NCBI GenBank assembly: GCA_963666345.1
Contig: OY762721.1
Coordinates: 4,000,001 to 4,064,000, forward strand
Reading direction: 5' to 3'
Source: Desulfatiglandales bacterium
Lineage (GTDB): Bacteria; Desulfobacterota; DSM-4660; Desulfatiglandales; Desulfatiglandaceae
DNA: 64,000 bases
Shown here in pieces: positions 64,000 to 64,000 of this stretch. How positions within the stretch are numbered: position 1 is the first letter of the stretch; the number at the start of each line of letters is the position of its first letter. A model generated the notes under the pieces. It saw nothing but the letters and a program-made list of their open reading frames with translations. It made no database searches and was not told the DNA's origin. Position numbers and translations under genes: made by a program.

Positions 64000-64000
64000 C

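Overview
A 64 kb bacterial chromosomal segment. Gene content (cytochrome c3-rnf cluster, thrS-infC-rpmI-rplT-pheST, sucCD, guaBA, lipBA) points to an anaerobic Desulfobacterota (deltaproteobacterial) organism; that taxonomy is inference. Positions 1 to about 9670 are a visibly more AT-rich accessory region at the 3' end of a tRNA-Phe(GAA) gene. It carries a partial periplasmic-binding-domain gene, a cNMP-binding protein, SulP, an inactivated IS3 element and an asparagine-synthetase/nitrilase pair. The rest is mostly housekeeping. Most notable observations: (1) two adjacent ORFs join across an in-frame UGA into a secreted DUF1573-type protein with U-G-C in place of the family C-G-C motif, a probable unannotated selenoprotein; (2) a family of non-autonomous mobile elements with about 24-bp terminal inverted repeats and 8-bp target duplications, carrying a decayed or internally deleted four-helix-bundle (IVS-protein-like) gene; (3) structured leader RNAs upstream of the rnf operon and of a K+ channel, both riboswitch candidates; (4) an orphan histidine kinase with a 5-Cys insert in its ATPase domain. 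No rRNA or CRISPR array was seen. All family assignments come from motif recognition by eye, not database searches.
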